From the human T2T-CHM13v2.0 reference genome, Homo sapiens, in the NCBI RefSeq assembly GCF_009914755.1, contig NC_060933.1: a stretch of DNA of 64,000 nucleotides, one strand, 5' to 3'. Made by a program: the position numbers and the translations under genes. Under the pieces are notes generated by a model that worked only from the letters and a program-made list of their open reading frames with translations, was not told the origin of the DNA and ran no database searches. This document shows positions 26,639 through 38,745 of this stretch, piece after piece (the first letter of the stretch is position 1; each line of letters begins with the position of its first letter).

Positions 26639-26928
26639 CATTTCTAAGAGTGGTTCCATTTGAGACTGTGTTGGAATGGTATGCAGCTCAGTTTATGTCT
26701 GTGCTCAGCTCCTGTCATCTCTGCACTGTTGCTTTAGTTCATGGAATGGCTGAGAAATTTTTCATACCTGGAAAGAGTATTGTAGCTTTGTTTTAAAGAA
26801 ATTAATTCTGGCCAGGCATGGTGGCTCACATCTGTAATCTCAGCACTTCAGGAAGCCGAGGTGGGAGGATCTCTTGAAGCCAGGAGTTCGAGACCAGCCT
26901 AGGCAACATAGTGAGACCCTGTCTCTAC

Positions 26929-26959
<31 letters not shown>

Positions 26960-27232
26960 AATGATCTGGGTGTGGTGGCATGAACCTGTAGTCCCAGCTA
27001 CTCAGGAGGCTGAGGCAGGAGGATCGATCACTTGAGCCCAGGAGACCACCATGCCTGGCCAGAATTAGTTTCTTTAAAACAAAGCTACAGTACTCTTTCC
27101 AAGTTATGAAAAATTTCTCAGCCATTCCATGAACTAAAGCAACAGTGCAGAGATGACAGGAGCTGAGCACAGACATAAACTGAGCTGCATACCATTCCAA
27201 CACAGTCTCAAATGGAACCACTCTTAGAAATG
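26639..27232. repeat. Long inverted repeat: arms 26639-26824 and 27046-27232, 221-bp spacer
   Basis: The reverse complement of 27046-27232 matches 26639-26824 with about 4 differences, including one indel. Confidence 0.95.
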
Positions 27233-27310
27233 AGGCTGCAGTGAGCTGTGATTGTGCCAGTGTACTTCAGCCTGGGCAACAGAGTGAGATCTTGCCATAA
27301 AAAAAAAAAA
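26810..27310 (+). mobile_element. AluJ containing a 187-bp inverted insertion (27046-27232)
   Basis: J-type Alu; TSD aaattaattctg before 26810 and at ~27309-27320; right arm interrupted between 'cttgagcccaggaga' and 'aggctgcagtgagc'. Confidence 0.9.
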
Positions 27311-27826
27311 ATTAATTCTGCCCCTGCAATGTCTGTTGCATGCAACCTCTCCCTTCTATCTTCTTGCCCTGCCTGGCTTCAGGCCTGTGTTACCTCTTTC
27401 TGCTGGGTTGCTACAGCAGCTCCCTGGCCAGCAGGATCTCCCATCTCTCTGTCCTCTAGCATGGCTTCTCACTGTGAGTCAGAGTAGCTTGTCTAAAACA
27501 CAGGTCCCATCATGTCACATCCCCTGTCAAAACGCTTCCATGTTTTCTGTGACGCACAATGCATTCCACACTCCTTGGGTTGCAGTTCAAGGCCTCTTCT
27601 CCTCTCACATCCCTCCCCGTACCCTGGCTCTACCACCCTGAACTGCTTGCTGGTCTCTGAATTGACCATGCATGTTCCCTTCTCCAAGCCTTTGCTTGCG
27701 CTGTTCCTCAGCCTGCCCTATGGAAATCCTCTGCATTTTCACCTTGATAGACTTGTTGCTTAAACTGTGGTCCCTGGACCAGCAGCATGGGCATCATCCA
27801 GGAGCTCATTAGAAACAGAGTCCCAA

Positions 27827-28132
27827 GGCCGGGCACAGGGGCTCACACCTGTAATCCCAGCACTTTGGGAGGCCAAGGTAGGGTGATTGCTTGAGGCCAG
27901 GAGTTTGAGACCAGCCTGGGCACCATAGTGAGACAACATCTCTATAAAAAATTAGCATGATGTGGTGACATGTGCCTGTACTCCCAGCTACTTGGGAGCC
28001 TGAGGTGGGAGGATCGCTTGAGCCCAAGAGGTTAAGGCTGCAGTGAGCCGAGGTCACACCACTGAACGAACCCCAGCCTGGGTGACAAAGGGAGACTCTG
28101 TTTCAAAAATAAAAAAGAAAAAAAAGAAAAGA
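27827..28132 (+). mobile_element. AluJ inserted in a MER5
   Basis: Dimeric Alu; flanking agaaa[c/t]a...tcccaa similarity suggests a TSD. Confidence 0.85.
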
Positions 28133-31100
28133 AATACAGGATCCCAAATCCTGCCTCAGACCCACAACATCAGATCTAGACCCACAGCATCAGATCTAGA
28201 CCCACGGCATCAGATCTGTACCTTAACCAGGCCCCCAGGTGATGTGTGTGGCACTCAAGTGTAAGCTGCAGTGCTGTGTAGCTTGGAGGGCAAGTGCTGA
28301 ATCTGGGCAGTCAGATAGAGCTGGCCTGGTTCCAGGCTCTGCATGTATCAGTTGGTGACCTTGGACAATGTACTAATCCTTTTGAAACCTCAGTTTCCTC
28401 ATCTGTAGAGTGAGGAAACTATAAACGAAATAACGCCCCAAGCTCTTAGCACAGTGCCTGGCACATGGAAAGCCCTTAATGAAGGGGAGTGGCCAGTAAC
28501 AAGGTTCCATCTCAGTGCTAGCTGATGTTGTGCCTAAGCTGTCCTGTGTCCTCTCTCAGCATTGCTTGTATTGGGTTTATTCCATCAGAGGTGAGAACTC
28601 ATTTGTAAGTCCATCTTGCTGAGGATGGGAAGGGCCAGGACCAAGTCATTTGTGTTTGGAGTTTAGAATCATTGACCTTCCAGTGGAGGGAGATAAACAA
28701 TCATAATCTGATGTGGGGAAAGTGAAACATAGCTAAACAAGGACTTTGCAAAGTGGGTGGGATGGAATTCATTCCAGAGTTTCTGCCCTTGGTAGAAATG
28801 GCCATTCTGCCTGTTGTAACCTGGGGGCTTTCTCATTCATCCATTTGTTTACCCACTTTTATGTAATATGTATTGACTGTTCTCTGAATACAAGCAATGT
28901 GTGATATCCTGGGCAGAAAATGAAAAGCAAGATAGGCTTGCTGCTTGCCCTCTAGGATCCTATAGTCTAATGGGGGACATTGATGCTAAATAAAGGATTG
29001 TACAAAAAGACTCTTTATGTTTATAAATGGTAGAAAATGTTAGAAAGTGCAATGAGAGCTATGAAAGCACATGCCAGGACACTCTCATCTGTACCAGGGT
29101 GTCAGGAGAGTCTCCCCAAGGAATGGGATTTAAGATGAGATCTGAGGGGTGAACAGATTTAGCCAGGAAAGGAGGTGGGGATGATGGGCTGGAAGAGGAG
29201 TGGAATGTTCCAGATACAGAGAAACAGAATGAGGAGAGGATGGAAGAGACAGCCTGAATGTGGCTCGAACACGTTGAGGGAGGAAGGCAGGGTGAAGTTT
29301 CTGGGATGAAAGCAGGGCCTTCGCCCAGGAGCCGTTTTTCCTAGCCTGGCCCTGGGGGAGCATCTTGGCTTCCCACCCTCGGTCAGTCCTGCAGCACTAC
29401 CGCCCAGGGCCACCCGGGGTAAAGGCCTTTGGTCTAGGTAGAGTGCAGTCAAGCCCTGGATTCTACTACCTGCCTTGCTCCTGCCTCTGCTTATCAGACA
29501 GTGAATTGCTTCAGGGCGGGGGCAAAGGGTCTCTACCTTTACATAGCGTAAGAGAAGAGAATTTAAGAGACTTGCAGTAAAATGTCAGGAAGGCAGAGTC
29601 AGAAGAAAGCCCGGAGCCAGCACAAAGAGCCCCTGGTCCACCTTGGCCTCTCAGGGCCTCCCAGGCCACGACAGCTGCCTGGCAAAGAGGTGGTGGAGGC
29701 AAGTGAGGAAGGTTTCTAACAATTGCTGTCTGCGGTTAGACTCCAGTCAGTCCTGGCTTTGGAAAGCTTCCTCCCGTCTATACAACGAAGAGGTCGGACC
29801 AGCGCTAAGGTCATCCAGGTCTGACATGATCTCTTTTTATTTTTTATCTCTCTCTGGATCTCTGTATTGAGAATGTGCATCCGTAAACATAGGAAGAATT
29901 CTCTTGCCAGGGAACAGAAATGCGGTTTGGGGAGGAATAACTCGGGTGGGAGGTTTTTAGATGCTTTCACTCAGGGGAGCAATTCCTTTAGACATGGTTG
30001 TACCCGTGAGACGTGGGGGATGCATTACGCCTCTCCTGTCCAAGCCATTCCTTTGGAGACCTGCTTCTCAAATGGGTGTGCTCACAGTCCTTGGCTGTGT
30101 GACACTAGCATGCGAAGAGCCACATTGTTTATTTCCTGGAGGATTTTACTCAGTGGTTGGTAATTTGTGGTGAGGAGACCAGTAACAACTGGGGAATAAT
30201 TTGGAACATTTTTATATTATTAAAACAAACACACACACATGTTTGGAGTGGAATTCAAAACTTAAGTGCTTTTAAAGATAAAGCAAGAGAATTAAATTTT
30301 CAAGGTCCTGGGGGGCTCTTTGGCTAGACTCAGGCCCTCAGGTTTATCTGATGACAGAGTGCTTTAGCAGAGATGATGTTATATACAGATTTGAGGTCCC
30401 CAACTTGTGGGGGATATTTAGAATTATTGCAAAGGATACATGGACATTTTCTGTCTACAGATACCTAACACCTGTGTGTTGAGGGGGCTATTAATGCTTT
30501 GATATTGACAAGATGGAGATGGTCACTGCCCTCCAAAGCTTTGGATTAGAACTGTCAGCTCCAAGAGGGAAGGAACTTGTCTATCACTGCTGGATCTCCG
30601 GCACTTAGAATAGTGCCTGCTGTACAGCAGGTGCTCAATAAATGCTTCTGGAATGAATAGAAATGTGTGTGTTGATGGCCATGAGAAGCTTTCATTTCTC
30701 CATCCACGTTTACCTTTCCAGGAATAGCGTGTGGAGCTGCTTTAGCATGGAGATCTTGGGTGGAATGTGAAGAATGCTGTCATGCATATGCATGTGGGAG
30801 GCTGGTCAGCCTTGCTCAGGTTCAAGATTTCCAAGAATCACTCTTTGGAGGCAGCCTTCCACCCAGCGTGGTCCATGCTGCATAGCGTAGGCTCCTTGTG
30901 TGAGAAGGCACAGTTCACCATTTATGCACCTTAGGTAGCTAGGACCCACTGGGCCTCACTTCTCACAATGCCTGCAAGTCCCCCCAAACACCTTACTCCC
31001 ATCAGAACCCACTGGGAACCTGAGGCCTCAGAAAATGCTGGACTTTGGGGATCAACTATTCCAGCTCCCCCAAATTGCAGACGGGAAGATGGAGGTTCAA

Positions 31101-33514
31101 AGAGAGCAAGGAACTTCCTGGGAGTCACACACATTTTAGCGATGTGACTCCCAACAGGTTCCTTGTTCTAGAACTGGGTCTGGAACTACGTCTTCTGATA
31201 TCCAGGTGGGTGGCATCACTCCATTTTGAAATTCCCCAGTGCTGCTTGATCACATCCGTACCATTCTCAGGGATGTGCTTGACAGTAGTGTGTGGTTAGA
31301 GCTGAGCTTTGGAAACATCACATGAACTTTAAATCCTGGTTCAACACTTTTTTTAATTATGTGACTTGGGCACATTGCTCAGAAAGAGTGTGGGTTTCCT
31401 CATCTGGATGGTGGTGGTGGGTGATGGGTATAGGAGTCCTACCTCCTGAGGCTATATGAGCTACTCAGCAGGTAATGCCCAGGAGTGCTCAGAGCCAGGG
31501 ATGGGGAACCCAGTGCTGAGCCATCCATCCCACAAAGTTAAGGTCATGCCCATCCCGTTCACCCCAAATCTCCATGACTTGCAGTGCCAGGCATGTGACG
31601 GTGTGTGCTTGATAGTCATTTGTGAATGAACAAATGAATGAATGAACAAAATGGACAGAATATGCTTAGCACCTGACATTTGCCCTGTGCCACCACCCTG
31701 AGAGCTAAGTATTGCCACCTCTATTTCCAGATAAGGAAGCTAAGGCTCAGAGAAGTTAAAGAACATGCCCAAGATCACCTGGCTAGTACGTGGCTGAGCA
31801 GGGACTTACATACAAGTTTCTCTGGCATCAAATTCCACGTCCTTTGCCCTGCACCATTCTGGGGGAGGCTGGTCCTCCTGGGGTTCCCCCGAGGTCACCT
31901 CCCCTCCCACCCCCCCATTCTTGGTCTCTAGTTAGGAGGTGTCCACTGGGTTTTCATCTTGGAAGGTCTGATTCCCTCTCCCATTATTCTGGTGGTCCAC
32001 AGGCTGTTCCTCCAGCAAACATTTGGAGACTGTCAAGCTGTACTTTCATCTAAATTAAACAAGAGTCAGCCTGTTTCAAAATATGACTTCAGGGTCACCA
32101 TCTGTTCTGGCTGTTCCCTTAAACTCAAATCCCATTTTGGAGCCAAATGGGGCTCCAGCATCCCACAGAGAGTGTGTCTCTTTGCACAACTGAGCAGGAA
32201 AGTCTGTAGAAAGACACAGTGTGTTTGACAACAACCCTCGGACAAATTTCTCTGGTTATTTCTTTTCCCCTACTCAGCAGCATCAACGTCATTGCATGTG
32301 AACCACAGGTCCCCACCACAGATTCAAATGCATTCCTTTCTACATTGGGTACCTAGTGTGTACCAAGCTCTGTATGAGGCCCTTTCCCATGCCATCTTCC
32401 GGGTCATGGGAGAGAGTGGCCTGGATCTTACAGTGGGGGGAATACAACATGCCAAAGCTGCTCGAGCTGGTCACACCATCAGTCTGGGCATCAGTTTTCT
32501 CATCTTGGGGACATTGGACTGGGTATTTTCTGAGGTTCTTCCCAGCTCTGAAGGTTACCCTGATTCTTCATCAGCGCCTTGGCCAATGTAGGCGAGATTT
32601 CACGGTGCCCACTGAAGCTATGAGCTCGTTCTGACTGCGCTGCTTGTCTGCCCTGGCTGAATTCACACAAGCTCATCTGTTGGGACGCCCCGGGCTGTTC
32701 CCAGGGCAGCTTGATTTTGCCCAGGGCATAACATGCCAAGTGCTGAGAGGCTGCAAGAAAGTATGTCTCCTGCTGTTGCCAAACTATCGCCTTCGCACCA
32801 CATTCCAGATCACCCAATTCCACCCTCTCCTTGGCAAGAAAAAGAAAGGGGACCCAACTGCCTAGGGCAGCAGCTTGGGGTGAAATGAGGATTCCTCCTA
32901 AAATGGTCAGCTAGAACCTTCCTCAGGAATCTGCCAAGGCACCCGGTTGCCTGTTGCATAAATTTTAGTCTCCTTGGCTGGACATTTGAGGCTCTCTGAC
33001 TCCAGTCTCCTAAAGGAAAAAGAATTGAGAGTAGCAAGAGCTGGGAAGTCCCAACCACTGCAGTTAAGGCCTGCAGTCTTAAGCTCCTTCAGCTTCAGTC
33101 ATCTCATCTGAAAATGGCATAGCCACAGTCCCCACCCCATCAGACTGCCTTGAGGTTAGGTGAGCTAATGCACCTAAGTGCTGAGCTCAGGGTTGGCCTG
33201 TTGTGAGATTAACATTTCTAAGTCTGAATCTCTCTGGATCCATAATTCTCTCCTTTTTGCTCCAATGCTGGAGGCTATCTCGGGGTCCCATTTCTCCCAT
33301 CCTTGGAATCACTCACTTGGCCCTTGTTTTCCTAATTGTGTGGGTTTGCTCATGCTCTGCTCACTCCACTGTGTTCACCTGTGTGAAGCATCTCAGGCCT
33401 ATCTCCACTGGCCCTTCCTTCAGGTCCCCTTCCCAGTGTCCCCCAGTGGGCGGGGAGTGCTCCCTCTTTAAGCCCCTACAGGACTTTCCTGTCCTTTGCT
33501 TATGGCTCCAAGCT

Positions 33515-33703
33515 CAGGTCACCTGTATCTGGGCCCCGTGTTGGTGTCTGGTCCTTTTTTTCCAGGGGACCCAATTCCTTGTCCTCTTGATCCCCCAGAG
33601 CCCAGCCCAGGTCACCTGTATCTGGGCCCCATGTTGGTGTCTGGTCCTTTTTTTCCAGGGGACCCAATTCCTTGTCCTCTTGTTCCCCCAGAGCCCAGCC
33701 CAG
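33515..33703. repeat. 93-bp tandem duplication (2 copies, 2 mismatches)
   Basis: caggtcacctgtatctgggcccc...cagagcccagcc starts at 33515 and again at 33608. Confidence 0.95.
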
Positions 33704-35969
33704 CGCCAAGTCCAGACAGGGTTGGAAAGTGGATGCTGGTTGTGGACAAGGCCAGACTGGGCCCAGGATAGAATGAATGATAGTAAGGTCCCCTCCTGAC
33801 TCTTCTTCTGGGAGGGAAGAGAGAGGACCATTCTCCCCTAGGGAGATGTAAATTATGGCTGCCTTGAGGCCTGTGGATAACAACTCAAGAGATTTCATTG
33901 ACCCCATAGTATCAATCATGCCAAAGAAATCAAGAAACACCCCAGGCCATGTTTCACTTAGAGAAAGACTTAGAAAGCTCAGAATTAAAATACTCTTTCA
34001 AGCTCCTCCTATCATTCAGTGCTCCTCCCAACCCAATGCTGCACCCCCATGGAGGAGATGGGGGGCCTTCTCCACACAGGAGGACCAGGGATCTTACCGT
34101 TCTGCTCCTGGGATCTCCAGGGCTGGCCTGTCCCATCCTACCTTGCCCCATGGCCCCAGCTCATGCTCTGACACCCGGATAGGCCATGAGCAGCCTCCCT
34201 GAGGCCTCTAGCCAAACCTCAAGGACCCTAACAGTATATAACAGAGAAGGGGAAGCCCGGTTGTTCACATTCTCCACCCAGACCATGTTGCAGAGGGGAG
34301 GAAGATGGAGGCAGCTGGAAATGAGTCTGAAGTCTGAGAAGCCAGTGTGTTTAAGAGAGTCACTCTCATCTCAGTGAAGGAGAGCCGAGGGCAGCCATTT
34401 TGCAGAAGGCTGCTCATTCAAAGCCTCCTGCTTAGGGAGAGGGGATTGCAGCCCCCAGCAAAGCTACAATCGACTCTGTGTGGTTATTAATATTATATTA
34501 TATCTCAACAGTGGGGATCAGGTGAGAGCTAAGCTATTAAGTGCATATTAAGCTAAATGGTGCTGGTGGGATTACTTGTGACAACTACTGGCATTCATTA
34601 GAATTCTTTATGATTGATGATAAATATGATGTGTTAAGACAGGCATACAATCACGCTAGTCTAGAGTCCATTAAGCTCATTCATTCATGCACATGTGTAT
34701 TATTTGTACATTCATTCGTTCATTCATTCATCAAATGCTCAATTTATGCCTACTTCAGGCAAGGTCTCACATTAGGGAGATGAGGGTGACACTGGGAGAT
34801 ATGGAGATGAAACAGAACATGCTACCTACCTCCTGAAGGGCTCACAGGCTGCTGAGGGACACAGGTGAGGAACAGATAACAGAGTAGTGAGAAATTGGAG
34901 CTTTCTGTGAAACTGGCCCTGGGGTGGAATGGGGGTTCCTAGGGAGATAGTATGACTCGTAGACCTGGCCACCGCAGTCCCCTCCTGGAAGGTGTGTGCC
35001 GACCCTTCTCTGTACTGACTTTCCCTGGGGAGCCACAGCTCTGTTGGAGACCACAAGTTTCCCCCTGCCTGCAGAACCCTCTCCTGACAGGCCTTGACCC
35101 AGGGGGCTGGAGTGCCCAAGCCTCTCTACATCCACTTACCTCCAGGGGCTGACTTGGACAGGCTTCCTGCTGGCCAGCCTTCTTCCCCCACAGCTGGGGC
35201 CACTTGGCTGCCTCACCCCAGGCCCTAGGACATTCCTGTTTTCCATCAGTGGGATCTAGTGATTCAGGGGACTTAGCATCCCAACAGCCTGGCTGGGAGG
35301 TGGCTTGAATGCTGTGCTATGATCACAGAAAAGCGCTGTCTCTACCATCTAGTACTGGGGCCCTGCCTGGGTTGGTCCATGGTGGAAGCAGTTACAATCC
35401 TGCCCCTGCACCCTGTGCCTGGGTCTCTGGCCCCTGCACCAGACGTCTGTGCTGCTGGCTGCCTGCTCTTGTCTCCAGGTCCATGACTGCCCATGACTGG
35501 CCTCCATTCAGGTAGTAGGATGCCATCTTTGCCTCAACAGCACAGCAGTTCTCAAACTAGGGTGTGCATCAGAGACACTAGGGGGCTGGTTAAAACACAG
35601 GGTGCTGGGCCTCAGCCCAGGGTTTCTGATTTTGTAGGTCTGGAGTAGGTCTCGAGAATCTGCATCTCTAATAAGTCCCCAGATACTGCTGCTGCTGGTC
35701 CAGAAACCACACTTTGAGAACCACTGGCGTCATGGATAAGCAGACGGGCTATGGAGTTTGAACCCAGGTTGTCTGGGTCCAAAACCTGGCCCAGCCACTT
35801 GCTAGCTGTGTGACCTAATCCCTCTGCACCTCAACCTCCTCATCTATAAAAACAAAGGTAATAAGAACACCCTCCTCACTGTTACTGTGAGTATTGGATG
35901 ACCCAGTCCAGGCAACTCACTTGCAATCGTGCTTGGACACAGCACACAGTAAGTAAGCATTCAGTGAAT

Positions 35970-36420
35970 GTGTGAGTTTCCTAGGGCTGCGGTAACAAAC
36001 GACCACAAACTGAGTGGCTTAAAACAGTAGTAACTTATCCTTGTCCAGTTCTGGAGGCGAGAAGTGTGAAGTGGAGGTGTGTGGGCTGGGTGGCACTCCT
36101 CCTGGGGCTCTAGCAGGGAATCCATTCCTTGCCACTTTCAGCTTCTGGTGACTGCCAGCAATCCTTGGCTTGTGTCCACTTCATTTTAATCTTTGCCTCT
36201 GTGGCCACATTGCCTCTTCCTCTTCTGTCTGTCAAACCCCCTCCATGTGTCTTATAAGAACACCTGTCATTGGATCTAGTGCCCACCCAGATAATGCAGG
36301 ATGATCTTTTTATCTCAAGATCCTTAACTTAATTACATCTCAAAGACTCTAAATGTAATGAACATATTTAGAAATGAGGACATGGACATATCTTTTCTGG
36401 CGGTCACCACTGAACCCACT
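35970..36420 (-). mobile_element. MLT1 (MaLR) solo LTR
   Basis: 'ctagggctgcggtaacaaacgaccacaaactgagtggcttaaaacag' and 'ccttaacttaattacatct' MLT1 motifs. Confidence 0.8.
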
Positions 36421-38382
36421 TTAGGGAACACAGGCTATTATCATTATTAAGTTGTTCCTTCAGCTCCTGCAGTTGGGCCTGGCCTATAGCTTCCTGCCTG
36501 GGGGCGGGGGCGGGGAAGGAGGAGTAAGCTGACTCCCAGGTTCCAGCTTCTGGTCAGCTGCACTTTATTCAAGACAACCCATTTTCAGGCTGGGGCAGAG
36601 AATTCTGCCTATTAAGCTATACTGGCTATGTTATAGCATTTCAGCATGTTCAGATTTCATTGATCTGAGAAAAAAACGCCAATCCCAGCCCCCCAGACTC
36701 CTGTCTGGAGCCCTTTGTCCATGTTAATTGTTCCTCATACCCTGGCAAGTTGTACTTGGCAAAGCATTTTCTCATTCAAAACTCTACTGGATCCTCACTG
36801 CAGTCTCATGAGAAAGATTGTATCACCCTATTTTGCAGAAGAGAAAACTGAGGCCCAGGGGAAAATTGCACAAAGCTGCCTTTCATGGCAATTCTAAGCA
36901 GTAATTTATGGGAGAGAAAAGAAGGCTAATGTCACTGATAATACTAACTACCACCACCGCTATGCTTCATTCATCGTGGGCCTTTGCTTGGCCCTCTGCT
37001 CAGTGTTTTATGTCTATTATCTCAGGTCATTCTCAAAACTCTCTCCTGAAGTAGGTAGCATTCCTCTTGCGGATCGAGAAACTCTGGCTCAGAGAAGTGA
37101 AGTATCTTATCCAAAGTTGCCCATCTTTTAAATGCAGAGTTGAGGTTGAGTCTTTCTCCCTAATACCAGGTTGCTCAGAGATCCGTCTCCTAGCTCTGAA
37201 AAAATGTCAGGGCAGACCAGAAGAGAACAGTGGCTGCCCAGTGGCCAGCAAGACTGTGGGAGACCCCCTCTCGTTGTCAGCAGAGCCCCGCTCCTGGTAG
37301 CTGGTAGGGAGGTGCCCAGTGTTGATGCCCCCAGCCATAGGGAGGGAGTCAGGGCAATGGGAATAGAGAGGCAGATGGGCCCAAGGTCACTGAGGGCTGG
37401 GACAACAATAAGGGTGTGCTTCCTGGAGTGGGTCAGGCTTGGGTTGAAGTGACATTCCTGGAGAGCAGCAGAGACAGACTCAATGCCTCGCATCAGACAG
37501 ATGAGGGCTTAAAATCTCCAGTCTGGGATTTGATAGCTGGGTGCCCTTGGGCAAGTTATTTAACTTCCCAGTGCCTCATTCCTTCATCTGTAAATTGGGA
37601 ACAAAAAGAGTGGGGTTGTTGTGAAGAAGTCAGGGGCTATAATTAGCATCAACTGGGAAGTTTGTGCAGCCTCCCCATGCCCAAGCCACACCTGAACCAG
37701 CTCAATCAACATCTTTGGGAGTGAGGCAAGAGCATTAGTAGTTTAAAAAAAAAAAAAAAAAAGTCTCCCCAGGTGATTCTACTGTGCAGCCAGGGTTGAG
37801 AACCACCGCTATGCAAGCAAAGCACTTCGTGCCCAGGACATAGTAAGGGCTCCGTATACAGGAACTATTGCCCATTCACTCATGCACAAAACAAACATTT
37901 ATTGAGCACTTACCTATGCCAGGCTCTGGATTACATGCCAGGCATCACCTGTTCACAGCAGCTGTCTGAATTTATTTATGTACTATTTCTAGATAGCTTC
38001 CAATAGAGGGATCGTGGAATTCAGTGCTTTGTGAAGCCAGGACCCCAAGTCCATAATTCTAGGGAGAAGGTTTTACTGACAACGAGGAAAGGAGGGAAAT
38101 GCAGAAAATGTACCCAAATCAGAGAAACCAAACCCTGTGTGTGGGAAGAGCAGTCTGAGCTCTCTGAGCCCTTAAGGGGGTAGCAGGAGAAGACAGTGTG
38201 GGCTTCAGACTTTCTGTGGGCTCCTCTGTAAATATCTGCCCCTACAACACCCCAGCTTCCACAGCTGTGATGTGGAAGGGCTTTCAATGATTGGTTTGAT
38301 TGTTTTTAGCCTCAGAACTCTTCATTCAAATGAGACTTAATGGAACCCAAATTATTAAACAAATGAAGTCTGAATTGCTTGG

Positions 38383-38745
38383 GTGTATGTATATGAGTGT
38401 AGGTGAGTGTGTGTGGATGTGGGTTAGTGTGTGGGACAGGGTCTATGAATAGGTTGTGAGTGTGTGAGTAGGTAAGTGTGTGCATGTGTCAGTGTGTGAG
38501 TTTGTATGAGTCTAGGGTGAGTGCGGGTGGAGGTGCATGAGTCGGTGTATACTGGAGTATATAAACGTGTGTGTATTTGTATATCTATGTGTTAGTTTGT
38601 GTGGCGTGAACCTTCGAAAGTATGTGTATGAGTGTGTGTTATGAGTATGTGAACCTATGCGTGTGTATGAGAGAGTGGTAAGAATAACAGATTTGTACTG
38701 TGTATTTGTGGATGTATCCGTGTGTGCATGTGTTCCTGTGTGTTA
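38383..38745. repeat. Degenerate (TG)n-rich low-complexity tract
   Basis: Seen directly. Confidence 0.85.

Noticed and set aside
33203-33940. 198-aa and 146-aa ORFs with internal 31-aa repeats
   Set aside because: Artefact of the 93-bp DNA duplication; no domain similarity or coding signature.
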